Shown here piece after piece: positions 20,871-31,200 of a DNA stretch of 64,000 nt; within the stretch, counting starts at the first letter, position 1, and each line of letters begins with the position of its first letter. Source of the stretch: Longimicrobiales bacterium (GTDB taxonomy: Bacteria > Gemmatimonadota > Gemmatimonadetes > Longimicrobiales > Gaopeijiaceae); NCBI GenBank assembly GCA_963664435.2, contig CAXXKM010000002.1, forward strand, positions 832,001 through 896,000. The letters run 5' to 3'. A model generated the notes under the pieces. That model did no database searches, was not told the origin of the DNA, and saw only the letters and a list, made by a program, of their open reading frames with translations. Made by a program: the position numbers and the translations under genes.

Positions 20871-21080
20871 CCTGCAAATCAAGCAGGGATCTCCAAGAAT
20901 GGAAGAGACAAGCGACCCGGGGCGGAGCGTGTCGGGATGTGTGCATCCCAACCTCTAGCCAGGCTCGAGCTGGACCCTCTCTGCCTCGGTCGGGGCCTTG
21001 GCAAGCCGGGGTGTGCGAGCACTAATCACGCCCGTGGATCCGCCACACGCGGCCGATGGACCGACAAGGAGGCTGTCGGA

Positions 21081-21989
21081 TTGACTAGCCACGAACGCGA
21101 CAACGCAAACAGGATCGGAAGGGCTAAGCGATGGGCTGGGCTGGCAATCGCCGTAGGTTCACGGCTCGCGGCCGTGCCCCGCTCCCTGGCCCAGATGCCC
21201 AATGAAGTCTGGCAGAAGCTGGCATCGCGCGGGACCACGATCAGTCCGGACGCCCTCTACGATCTCATCCCCGCGGGCGTAAAGACGGGGACCGACGATG
21301 TGCTGGCCTTCCTCGGGAAACGCGATCTCAGTCACATCAAGTCCAAGCACCGCCGACCAGATCTCGCGAACGACCCCACGAACGTTCTGTTCGAGAAGCG
21401 GTGGTGGAACCGCCGCCGCGGATCGCGGAACATGAAGCGGTGGGAAGTGACCCGCGCCCGGCTGGACAACTTCGCCGAGGGAGTGGTCAAGGGCGCGCGC
21501 GCCACTACAGTGGCAGCGGCCAAGGGGGCGATCCTGGGGGCTCTGATGGAATTGCCTGTGTCAGCCGCCGAGAATCTTGTTCTGGTTCGGGGCAGGGGTA
21601 AGAGCAGGAAGGAGGCGTGGACGGATGTAGCGCGCGACGTTGGCAGGAGTGCCGTGACCGGCGCGGCGGGAACCGTCGTGGCCACCGGAATCGCCATGAT
21701 CGGTGTTCCAATGGCTCCAGCAGTAGCGGTTCCGATTGCCGTGGTCGGGAGCACGCTCTACACATGGTCGGCAGCGGAACGGGTATGGAAGGCGCGAGCC
21801 AGGGTGGGATCGGCAGATCCGCCAGTGTTGGCTCGAGGATTTGATCCCGACTCTGCGCCGGACCTCTCGACGGACGGCTGGCCGGAGAAGTTTGCTAAAG
21901 CCCCCGTGCTTCGGGGGCTACCCTCCGATGGCGCGACCGAGAATATCTTTCCCCATCCGGTTGTCCCAGCGAGATACGGAGAACGGTGA
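21081..21989 (+). CDS. Hypothetical protein with an HNH-like motif and hydrophobic C-terminal helices
   Basis: RBS AAGGAGG with TTG start; DLSHIKS...DPTNVLFE...NRRRG; Gly/Ala-rich helices; GTGA overlap with the next gene. Confidence 0.6.
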   Translation: MTSHERDNANRIGRAKRWAGLAIAVGSRLAAVPRSLAQMPNEVWQKLASRGTTISPDALYDLIPAGVKTGTDDVLAFLGKRDLSHIKSKHRRPDLANDPTNVLFEKRWWNRRRGSRNMKRWEVTRARLDNFAEGVVKGARATTVAAAKGAILGALMELPVSAAENLVLVRGRGKSRKEAWTDVARDVGRSAVTGAAGTVVATGIAMIGVPMAPAVAVPIAVVGSTLYTWSAAERVWKARARVGSADPPVLARGFDPDSAPDLSTDGWPEKFAKAPVLRGLPSDGATENIFPHPVVPARYGER

Positions 21990-23266
21990 CCCCCAACGAA
22001 TTCATTGCGAAGTGGCACGCCTCGGAGCTGAAGGAGCGCTCCGCAGCGCAGGAGCACTTCATCGACTTGTGCCGCCTGCTCGACGAACCCACGCCAGCGG
22101 AGGCCGACCCGAAGGGCGACCACTACTGCTTCGAGCGCGGAGCGCTCAAGGACTCCGGCGGGGGAGGCTGGGCGGACGTCTGGAAGCGCCACTGCTTCGC
22201 CTGGGAGTACAAGGGGAAGCACGCGGATCTCGATGCCGCGTTCGATCAGTTGAGGCAGTACGCGCTCGCACTGGAGAACCCGCCGCTGCTGATCGTCTCC
22301 GACATGCGCCGGTTCCGGGTCCGGACGAACTGGACGAACTCCGTGAGCAAGACACACGAGTTTGGACTGGACGATCTCGCGGACGCTGCCGTCCGAGACA
22401 AGCTCAAGTGGGCGATGTCCGATCCCGAGCGGCTGCGGCCGGGGGAAACCCGGCAGACGCTCACGGAACGAGCCGCCGAGACCTTCGCGCAGCTCGCACA
22501 GTCGCTCCGAGTCCAGGGCCACGCCCCGCAGGAGGTGGCACACTTTGTCAACCGCCTCGTGTTCTGCATGTTCGCCGAGGACGTGGGTCTGCTCCCCAAC
22601 GCCATGTTCACTCGCATGCTCGAACACGCGCGTCAGCAGCCCGATGCGTTCGCGACGCTGGCGCGCGATCTGTTCGGGGCGATGTCCGTTGGTGGCCGGG
22701 TAGGGTTCGAGACCGTGGAATGGTTCAACGGCGGGCTCTTCGAGGATGACACGACCCTCCCCATGGACAAGGCCCAGATCGAGACGACCCTGAAAGCGTC
22801 CGGACTCGACTGGTCCAACATCGACCCCTCGATCCTGGGGACGCTGTTCGAGCGGGGCCTCGACCCCGACAAGCGCTCTCAGCTCGGGGCGCACTACACG
22901 GACCGGGACAAGATCATGCGGATCATCGACCCGGTGATCGTTCGTCCCTTGCTGGCCGAGTGGGAGACCGTGAAGGCGCGGATTGGAAAGAGCATCGAGC
23001 GCGCGAACGCGGCCAAGTCAAAGGGCGTGGAGACGCGCCACCGCAACCAAGCGGAGAATTCGCTCGGTGCGTTCCTGGAGCGGCTGCGGAAGTTTGCCGT
23101 GCTCGACCCGGCCTGCGGGTCCGGCAACTTTCTCTACCTGGCGCTCCACACCCTCCACGATCTGGAACACCGAGTGCAGCTCGAAGCTGAGGCGATGGGG
23201 CTCCAGCGCGGCTTCCCTTCGGTCGGTCCCGCGAACGTAAAGGGCATCGAGTTGAACGCCTACGCG
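21986..23266 (+). pseudogene. MmeI-like (type IIG/IIL) restriction-methyltransferase, 5' half, interrupted by element D
   Basis: WADVWK...WEYKG nuclease motif; LGAHYTD; motif I VLDPACGSGNFL; ends GIELNAYA at the core. Confidence 0.9.
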
Positions 23267-23362
23267 ACATGAGCACTTTGAGTCACATATCGTTGTGAGC
23301 GTGTAGCTTACGGGATTCGGGGGTCAGATTCCCGCTGATTGACTCCCGCCGATTGGTTTGGG

Positions 23363-24523
23363 TCAGGCGCGGACCCTCGGGCGACTGTCCAGAGCCTTCC
23401 TGAGTTGTCCGGCGTCGGCCTGCTGGTAACAGCGCAGCACCGTCTGGGCCTCCTTCCAGCCGCCCAACTCGCACAGCACCTTGAGCGGAAGGTCCATGAG
23501 ATCCGACGCGAACTTCCGCCTCAGCGAGTGCCAGCCTCTCCCTCGCTCGTGCTCCAGTCCCGCGAGCCGCTCGGCCTTATGCCACCAAGAGACTGCCCGC
23601 CCCCGGCTGATGCTCGATGATGGGTCCTGCGGCGCGGGCAGCACCAACGTCTCCCCGTTCCCGGGGTTCGCTTCCCGCGCCTCCTCCAGTACCGCGACCG
23701 CCTCATCGGTCATCGGCGTGACGTGCTCGTAGCCGGTCTTCTCGTGCTCGGCGCGCCACCGCACCTCGCGACCCTCGAAATCGATGTCCCCCCAACGAAG
23801 GTTGCGGATGGCCCCGATTCGGTGGCCGGTCTCATGGGCGAGCACGAACGCGACGTGGAACCTCCAATCGACCCGCCGGGATATCCCGAGCATCGCCTGG
23901 TACTCCTCCTCGGAGAGAACGACCCGGGTGGGGTTCTTCTCCTTGGGCGTCCTCAGGCCTCTGAGCGGGTTCGAGTCGAGCAGGAGTCTCCCCTCCTCGT
24001 CTCTGGATTTCGTTGCCCAGTTGAGCACCGCGAGCAGGAACTTCAGGTCCAACTCGATGGTGCGGTTGCCCACAGGCTTCCCGCTCGGTCCGATCCTGCC
24101 CGCCCGGCGCTCCCGGATGAAGCGGTCCCAATCGCGCTGGGACAGGGTCTCGGGCCTTCGGTCCCGCCCGAGGAAGTCGAGGAACATCCTTGTCCCGATT
24201 CTGTCCCGGTGCCGGACCCGCTCCGTCTTGGTGGGCGTCACCTCCTCACCGTAGATGTCAAAGAGCATCTCCAGCGTGAGCGGCTCGGGCTCGGCTTCCG
24301 CCTTGCCTTGGGTCGCGGGTCGAGCGAACCCGGCGGCGAACTCGTCAGCCTGCCGCTTCGCTTTCACCCAATCGCAATGCCCCAGCGACCGGGTGAGCCT
24401 TCGCCCGTTCTCGCGCCACTCAATCTGGAAGAGGCCGGTTTTCGGATCCGGAAAAACCCGGACCCGGTTCCGGCCCCACTCGCCGGCGCCGTAGCTCCGG
24501 CGGCTTCGTTTCGTGCGTGCCAT
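23363..24523 (-). CDS. Tyrosine integrase of element D (intact)
   Basis: ETGHRIGAI, HSLRR, LGGW, LRCY; RBS GGAGG. Confidence 0.93.
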   Translation of the reverse strand: MARTKRSRRSYGAGEWGRNRVRVFPDPKTGLFQIEWRENGRRLTRSLGHCDWVKAKRQADEFAAGFARPATQGKAEAEPEPLTLEMLFDIYGEEVTPTKTERVRHRDRIGTRMFLDFLGRDRRPETLSQRDWDRFIRERRAGRIGPSGKPVGNRTIELDLKFLLAVLNWATKSRDEEGRLLLDSNPLRGLRTPKEKNPTRVVLSEEEYQAMLGISRRVDWRFHVAFVLAHETGHRIGAIRNLRWGDIDFEGREVRWRAEHEKTGYEHVTPMTDEAVAVLEEAREANPGNGETLVLPAPQDPSSSISRGRAVSWWHKAERLAGLEHERGRGWHSLRRKFASDLMDLPLKVLCELGGWKEAQTVLRCYQQADAGQLRKALDSRPRVRA

Positions 24524-24667
24524 CGTTCGATACCTCCGATTCGATGGACTGCACGATCTGCGCGTTTGAAACCTCGCGCAGGGCTCGTCCGTCGTCCAGA
24601 GTTGGCGGTCCGGCCGGCTCTGGCGCGGGCGCGCCACGGGGGCGCTGGTTTCTGCGGTGTGTGGAGG

Positions 24668-24730
24668 AGCCAGATGTGTTTTCGCTTCACGAAAACCTCT
24701 GGCCGAGGGATGCCCCCGGACCCCCGAACA
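24668..24730. other. Putative oriT of element D
   Basis: Inverted repeat GCCAGATGTGTTTTCG...CGAAAACCTCTGGC upstream of mobC; the copy near 7270 has compensatory arm changes (GTTAACG/CGTTAAC). Confidence 0.55.
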
Positions 24731-24764
24731 ACATTCCGTGCGCCACCAAAGGAGGCCGCCCGAC

Positions 24765-25109
24765 ATGGCTCGTCCCCGGAAGCGCGACGCCGAGCGCAGG
24801 ACCCGCACGATCGGCGTGCGCGTCACAACCGCGGAAGCCGCCGAGATCGCCGAGCGGGCCGGAGCGGCCCGCATGACGAGGGGCGGCTACATGCGCCGCA
24901 GGGCGCTGGGGCAGCCGGTCCGCGAGGCAGCCGTTCACCGTCTCGGCGCTCGGGAGCGGGTCGAACTCCACCGGATCGGCGTCAATCTCAACCAGATCGC
25001 CCGCGCTCTGAACTCCGGGGCTTCTGCGCCGCCGGGGACTCTGGAGGCGGTCGAGCGGGTGGGCGAGCTTGCGGCCGATCTCCTGAGCGGCGAGGCGCTG
25101 GACCGATGA
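24765..25109 (+). CDS. mobC: MobC relaxosome protein
   Basis: RBS AAGGAGG; LHRIGVNLNQIAR; ATGA overlap with the relaxase. Confidence 0.88.
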   Translation: MARPRKRDAERRTRTIGVRVTTAEAAEIAERAGAARMTRGGYMRRRALGQPVREAAVHRLGARERVELHRIGVNLNQIARALNSGASAPPGTLEAVERVGELAADLLSGEALDR

Positions 25110-26308
25110 TCCCGAAGATCAACAGTCTGGGGCGCTCGTTCGCCGGTGCCGCGGCGTACTGTCTGCACGATTCCCCGACGCCGGACGACCGGAGTCCGGA
25201 GACCTCGGAGCGGGTTGCGTGGGCCGACACCCGCAACCTCGCGACGTTTCGGCCGGAGCGCGCCGCGCGGCTGATGGCCGCGACCGCGAAGGCGGCCCCC
25301 GACCTCAAGCGGCTGGCGGGGGCGGCGAGAGGGGGGCGCAAGCTGGCGAAGCCGGTGCTGCACTACTCGCTCAGCTGGGCGCAGGACGAGACGCCGGACA
25401 AGCGGGAGATGAGCCGCGCGGTGGACGAGAGCCTGGAGGCGCTCGGGCTGGAGGGCCACGAGGCGCTGGTCGTCGCACACGACGACACTCGGCACCCGCA
25501 TGTCCACGTGGTCGCCAACAGGGTCGATCCGGAGACCGGGAAGGCGGCGAAGCTGGGCAACAGCAAGCTCCGGCTGTCGCGCTGGGCCGAGGGCTACGAG
25601 CGGGAGCAGGGCCGGATCCGCTGCGAGGAGCGGGTCAGGAACAACGAGCGGCGGCGGGCGGGCCAAGAGGTGGTTCGAGGTCCGTCGAACCGGCCGCGCC
25701 ACTGGGCGCGCGTCCGCCGCGAGGGGTTGCAGCCCGGGCGGGCGAGGCGGGCGAGGAAGCCGCGCCGCGAGGATCAAGTCGACATGGAGGCATGGCGGCA
25801 TGCCGAGGCGGAGGCTTGGGAGACGGTCGCAGACGGGCGCGAGAGGGGCCTCCAGCACCTAGAGAGCCGGGCGCGCAAGGAATGGGCCGAACTGCACAAG
25901 CGGCAGGAGGAGATGCGGCAGAGGCTCGACCGGGAGAGCCGGACCGTGCTCGGGCGGCTCCGGATCTGGCGGCTCGAGCGCTCGCTCAGGGAACTGGTCG
26001 GTGCGGTCCGGGGCCGGGAGGATCTGGTCGAAGGCTGGCGCGAGGATCTCGCCCGGTACCACAGGGACGAGCGGGCCGAGTTAGGCAAGGCACACGGCGA
26101 GAGAGCCCGGGAGGTCGAGCGCCGTTCGCGCAAGTTCTATCGAAGCAGGCTGGTGGACGCGGAGCGGAACGCATGGGCGGTGCGGGAGAGGATGAGGGAG
26201 CGCCAGGAAACGAGGGAGCGGGAGTGCGGCCCGAGCATCGTCATCACCGTTCCCCGGCCGCCCCGGCCCCGAGGCCCCGAGCGTGGCGGTGGAGGGTTCG
26301 AGCGATGA
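25106..26308 (+). CDS. Relaxase/mobilisation nuclease (MOBP-like, not MbeA-type)
   Basis: GRSFAGAAAYCLHD, PVLHYSLSW, AHDDTRHPHVHVVANRV. Confidence 0.88.
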   Translation: MIPKINSLGRSFAGAAAYCLHDSPTPDDRSPETSERVAWADTRNLATFRPERAARLMAATAKAAPDLKRLAGAARGGRKLAKPVLHYSLSWAQDETPDKREMSRAVDESLEALGLEGHEALVVAHDDTRHPHVHVVANRVDPETGKAAKLGNSKLRLSRWAEGYEREQGRIRCEERVRNNERRRAGQEVVRGPSNRPRHWARVRREGLQPGRARRARKPRREDQVDMEAWRHAEAEAWETVADGRERGLQHLESRARKEWAELHKRQEEMRQRLDRESRTVLGRLRIWRLERSLRELVGAVRGREDLVEGWREDLARYHRDERAELGKAHGERAREVERRSRKFYRSRLVDAERNAWAVRERMRERQETRERECGPSIVITVPRPPRPRGPERGGGGFER

Positions 26309-26670
26309 CTCTTGGCTCCTCGTTCATCGCCAAGTGAGTCGTTCCAGAACGGCCGAATCCAGAGCGGTCTTGGCGCATGTCTTAGGGGCTCTGGGGGTCG
26401 CCCACGATCGACGATCGCCGACCTCCGAAGGGTGCGCGGGTCGGTAGAGTAGGGCTCCAGCACAGCCTCGACGAGGAACCGAGGGGATCCCGAAGCGGAC
26501 CCCGATGGCTGCCGGGCTCTCGCCCTGAGCTAGCGCCATCCTCGCCCGGTCTTTCGCGACGAGATCGTCGAAGCCCGAGACTGCCTCGATGGCATGGATG
26601 GTCGGAGCACGGTAAAATATGGTTTAGTGTTCCGTTCCCCCTGACTCCCGGTTCCCCCCGCTCCGAGCGG

Positions 26671-27093
26671 TTGACCGCGAGCCCATGTCATGCACGTTGG
26701 AGGGTTCCCTTGCGCCGAGCCATTGATTCTCACACGAAGTACCTGGAACGGGTTGAACAACTGATCCCGACAAAGGTCGTCGGGGGGCACTTGGCCATCC
26801 AGGGATTGGTCTACAACCAAATCACGATGCGGGACCTTGCCATCGAGATCTCGGCCGGAGTGTTCCTCATTGCTCTCTTTTTCTATCTCCGACATGTGGG
26901 AGCGACGTGGAAGCGGATCGCCCTGACGATAGGGAGCTTCGTGGCGTGGGTTCTCGCAGTCAGCCTCCCCGTCCACCAGAGACTCGGAATCGACCCGCTT
27001 TGGGGATCGATCATCCTGATCCTGTGGTCTGCAGCGACTGGCCTTCTTGATGCGGACGATATGGCAGCAAGCGGGGGCACCCAAGGAGGGTGA
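26671..27093 (+). CDS. Small multi-pass membrane protein (start uncertain)
   Basis: YLERVEQLIPTKVV followed by 3-4 hydrophobic helices. Confidence 0.55.
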   Translation: MTASPCHARWRVPLRRAIDSHTKYLERVEQLIPTKVVGGHLAIQGLVYNQITMRDLAIEISAGVFLIALFFYLRHVGATWKRIALTIGSFVAWVLAVSLPVHQRLGIDPLWGSIILILWSAATGLLDADDMAASGGTQGG

Positions 27094-27097
27094 CGGG

Positions 27098-27883
27098 ATG
27101 ATGCGCATCTGGCTGTCCCTCGTGGCGGCGGTGGTTCTGCTAGCCCCCCCAGCTCGGGCGCAGGATTTTCTGGAGCCCGACCGAATCACTAACCGCACGC
27201 GATTCTACGCTTCCCCGCTCGGAACTCTGGCTTTCCTTCCGCAAGTCACGAGGTCTGAGAACGCCAAGTACGCTGGTCAATGGGATTTGCTCGTCGAGAG
27301 CGGACGGTACAGGATTGCCCCAAGCGGTCAGTATTGCTTTGTCCTGAACCACCGGGATCGCGCCCAGGAGGGGAGACCTTCATATGTCGTCATCGGAGCC
27401 ATTTCCGTCCTCCCTTCTGGAACTCGACCGGCGCGCCCCACTTCGATGTTCAGGAATCCGGGATGGTCACGAAGTGATGACCCGGAATACTCTCGCGAGA
27501 ACGGTTTGCCGAAGCACGTATCACTAACGCTGGAGACGTTCGTCGGAGCGCATGATCGGAGTGAGCTTGAGGAGAACGACCGGCTCTTGACTCACCGTTG
27601 GCATGGTGATTTTGGCGGTGGGGAGTCGTGGGTGGATCGCGATTTGTGGGTCGAAGCGGCTTCGGTCGAGCCAGAGGTGATTGCCGGCTTGGCGGGAGAC
27701 GAAGGACGACCCGATTTGCGATTCGACGCCAAACTCCTCCGGTTTACCTTCACGGCGAAACGCAATTCCGATCAGCCCGTTGCATTCTGCATGGAAGGTG
27801 ATCGCCGAATCGCCACCATCGTGACGGTGTTCAGCCCGCACTTCCACGTGGCGGAGAGACGGTTCGAGCTGGTCTTCCGGTAA
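27098..27883 (+). CDS. Hypothetical secreted protein
   Basis: RBS AAGGAGG; signal peptide ending ARA-Q. Confidence 0.65.
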   Translation: MMRIWLSLVAAVVLLAPPARAQDFLEPDRITNRTRFYASPLGTLAFLPQVTRSENAKYAGQWDLLVESGRYRIAPSGQYCFVLNHRDRAQEGRPSYVVIGAISVLPSGTRPARPTSMFRNPGWSRSDDPEYSRENGLPKHVSLTLETFVGAHDRSELEENDRLLTHRWHGDFGGGESWVDRDLWVEAASVEPEVIAGLAGDEGRPDLRFDAKLLRFTFTAKRNSDQPVAFCMEGDRRIATIVTVFSPHFHVAERRFELVFR

Positions 27884-28234
27884 ACAATCACGCTCGGGGT
27901 GGGGTCTTGCGGTTAGGGCGTTCGCGAGGCGCTCCGTTCACCCCGTTGCGCGGATGGTGGATCGATTCGCTGGCCTCCTGTCCGAGAGGCGGCGCGAGAC
28001 GCTGCCGCGCCTGCCGATACGGACCTGGGCTGGAAGTTTGCCGAGGCGAGTGCCTCGGCCCTTGATCGTTCCCCAGCCCGCATCCCAGCGAGCGCGGGCC
28101 AGCAAGGTCGCGGGTCTGCCCACGCTTCCCCTACCTTACCCGTTCAAGTTCGAAAAAGTCGGATACTGAACACGCTGACCGTCCGGGGACCGGTCGGCCC
28201 CACAATCACCCGGAAGGCATACCCGCCAGACCTC

Positions 28235-31200
28235 ATGGACCCGCCGCCCTTGGACTTCAACGGAGATCCCGAGCGCCTCTCGCTGTTCGTCGAACGTCTT
28301 CGTCTCCAGCACGGCTATCAGTTCAACCCGGCCTTCGCGAGCGAGATATCCCGGATCGATCCGCTGCCGCACCAGCGCAGCGCGGTCTACGACCACATGC
28401 TGGGCGAGGATCCGCTGCGCTTCCTGCTTGCGGACGACGCGGGTGCGGGAAAGACGATCATGACCGGACTGTGCGTCCGGGGGATGCTCATGCGGGGACG
28501 GATAAGGCGAGTACTCATCGTCCCGCCCGCCGGGCTCGTGGGCAATTGGGAGCAGGAGCTCCGCAACCTGTTCCGTTTGCGGTTCCGCATCGTGTCCGGG
28601 CCGGACGTGCGGATGGGCAATCCGTTCTCGGGGCCGGACAGCGACCGCGTGATCGTATCGGTGGATACGCTTTGGGGGGAGTCCGCATTCGAGGCCCTGG
28701 CCCATCCCGAGACGGACCCCTACGACCTCGTCGTCTTCGACGAGGCCCATAAGCTGAGCGCTTCCGCCGAGCGGGGGCGCGTACGCAAGACCCAGCGCTA
28801 CAAGCTCGCCGAGGCGCTGGCCGGTTGTCCGCCCCCTGCGGAGTACAGCGCGCTCGCCTGGTCGGCGCGACACCTGTTGCTTCTGACCGCCACGCCCCAC
28901 ATGGGGAAGGATTCCCCATACCATCATCTGTGGCGCCTGCTCGACCACCGGGTCTTCGGAGCCGAAGAGGCGTTCAAGAGAGCCGGGCCCGCCACCCGAG
29001 CCCACCATTTCGTTCGCCGCACCAAGGAAGAGATGGTCGACTTCGACGGCAAGCCCATCTTCCGCGAGCGGCACTGCGACACCTTCGGGTACGACCTCTC
29101 ACCCGGAACGGACGGCGAACGGGCGCTTTACGACCGGACCACTTTTTATCTGCTGCACACCTACAACCTCGCCTCGGGGAACCAACAGGCGGCGAGGCTC
29201 GCGATGGGTGTGTTCCAGCGAAGGCTGGTCAGTTCAACCTGGGCTCTGCTCAAGTCGTTCGAGCGCCGGATCGGGAAGTTGGGCCAAATGGTTGACCACC
29301 TCGAAGCAGGTCGGCTCGACCTCACGGGCCTCCGCAGCGCGCAGGGGGCTCTGACCGCGAAGTACAGTGCGGACTACTTTGACGCGCATGACGCGTCGGA
29401 TGACATGGACGACGACACTCGCCGCGAGAGGAGCGCGGACTACGAGGATTCCGTGCTCGGAGCCGTCGTCGCCGTTTCGGCCGAAGAGCTTCGCGAGGAA
29501 ATCAAGACCCTGGAGGATCTGAGCGGACGCGCCCGGCGCCTCGTCGAGTCAGGCCACGAGTCGAAGTTCGAGCGGTTGCGCGAAGTGCTGGAGCACCCCG
29601 GCCAAGGTGAGGAGAAATGGCTTGTCTTCAGCGAGCACCGTGACACGGTCGACTACCTGATCGAGCGTCTGGAAGGACTTGGTTACGCGGGACTGGTGGC
29701 GTCGATCCACGGCGGAATGACGTGGCAGGAAAGGGAGGAGCAGGTAGAACGGTTCCGCGACTCGAATGGAGCGCGGTTCCTCGTGGCGACCGACGCCGCG
29801 GGCGAGGGCATCAACCTCCAGTTCTGTCGTCTGATGGTGAACTACGACATTCCTTGGAATCCCGCGCGGTTGGAGCAGCGGATGGGGCGCATCCACCGTT
29901 ATGGCCAGAAACACGATGTGCGGATCGTGAACTTGGTGTCCACCGACACGAGGGAGGGCCGGGTCCTCCAAGTACTGCTCGAACGACTGGACGCGATTCG
30001 CCGGGAACTGCACTCCGACAAAGTCTTCGACGTGATCGGTCGCCTCTTCGAGAACGAGTCGTTTAGCGAGTACATGCGGGATGCGATGAGCGACGAGGGC
30101 GAGCGGCGCTCCCGCGTCCGTCTTGAGGCCGGACTCGCACCGGGTGCCGTGAGCGACATCGACGCACGGGAGCGGAGACGCTACGGAGGCGGGGGCGACG
30201 TGGCCCGGCGGCTCCCCACAATGCGGGACGCGATCGACCGGGAACGGTATCTACATCTGTTGCCCGCCAATGTGCGCAGGTTTGTCGAGCGAGCATGTCC
30301 GCTACTCGGACTCCGGGTGCGCGGAAATCTGGACAAAACGTTCTCTCTGGTGCCCAGCCGCGCCGGCGCGCTCGATCCGCTGTTGCAGGGTCTGGAGACA
30401 TACCCGGCGGACGCTCGCGAGCGGCTCAGGGTGCGGCGACCGGCGGAAAACGAGCGATGCGTCTGGCTCCATCCCGGCGAGCCAGTCTTTGACGCGATGT
30501 CCGACGAGGTCGCGGCTCGCTGCCGGGAGGACGCCTTCCGGGGAGCGATCTACATCGATCCGCGCGCCGAGTCCCCGTGCCTGCTTCACCTTGGCGAGAT
30601 CGGGGTCAATGAGGAGGCGGCAGACACGAATTCGTCGGCGCGAGAAACGCTCTCGCGCGAACTGGCCGTCCTCCGGCAGGACGAAGACGGGGTTGTGTCC
30701 AAGGTGTCGCTGGAGGCGTTCGCGTTTCTCCAGAACGCTGACCATGTGCCGCCCGGAGCCGTCCCGCTCGCTGCACGGGCAGCGACGCTCCGCACCGGCG
30801 CGGCCACCCGTCTCGAGGAGGAAGCGGAGCGGCTGGCCCGTGAGCGCCGTGCCGCGCTCGAAGCGGAGTTGCCGGAACGGCGCAGGAGGGTCGGGATCAA
30901 CTTCAATCTACGGGCGGCCGAACTGGCGGACCGCCGAAGTGCGCTTTCCAAGAGCGCGCGGGCCGACCCGGACGAAAGGGAACGGGTCGTGCGGGAACAG
31001 AAGGCCCTTGGGGAGCAGCGTGCCTTGACCTTCGAGGAACTCAGCGCCGCGCCTCGTCGCATCGTGCCGGGCCACGTGCGGTTCCTCGCGCACGCTCTGG
31101 TGCTGCCGGCGACCGGGGACGAAGAGAGGGAAGCCTTCGACGCCGATGTCGAGCGCACCGCGATGGCCATCGCCACCTTGTGGGAGCGGAGCCGGGGCGC

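Larger units (their letters stand above)
19557..20912 (-). mobile_element. IS110-family insertion sequence, 1,356 bp including both CT cores
   Basis: CT core (AG on the + strand) at 19557-19558 and 20911-20912; ends located by matches to the bridge-RNA guides. Confidence 0.88.

Noticed and set aside
19585..20899. 9-bp inverted repeat TTCTTGGAG/CTCCAAGAA as IS1111-type subterminal repeats
   Set aside because: Short and unevenly placed relative to the cores; the 5' bridge RNA and guide matches already define the ends.
19279..21025. Long + strand ORFs 19279-20322 and 19736-21025
   Set aside because: Antisense shadows of the IS110 recombinase in GC-rich DNA.
23723..25105. N-terminal part of the 861-aa ORF 23723-26308
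   Set aside because: Antisense to the integrase and overlapping mobC; the relaxase most likely starts at ATG 25106.
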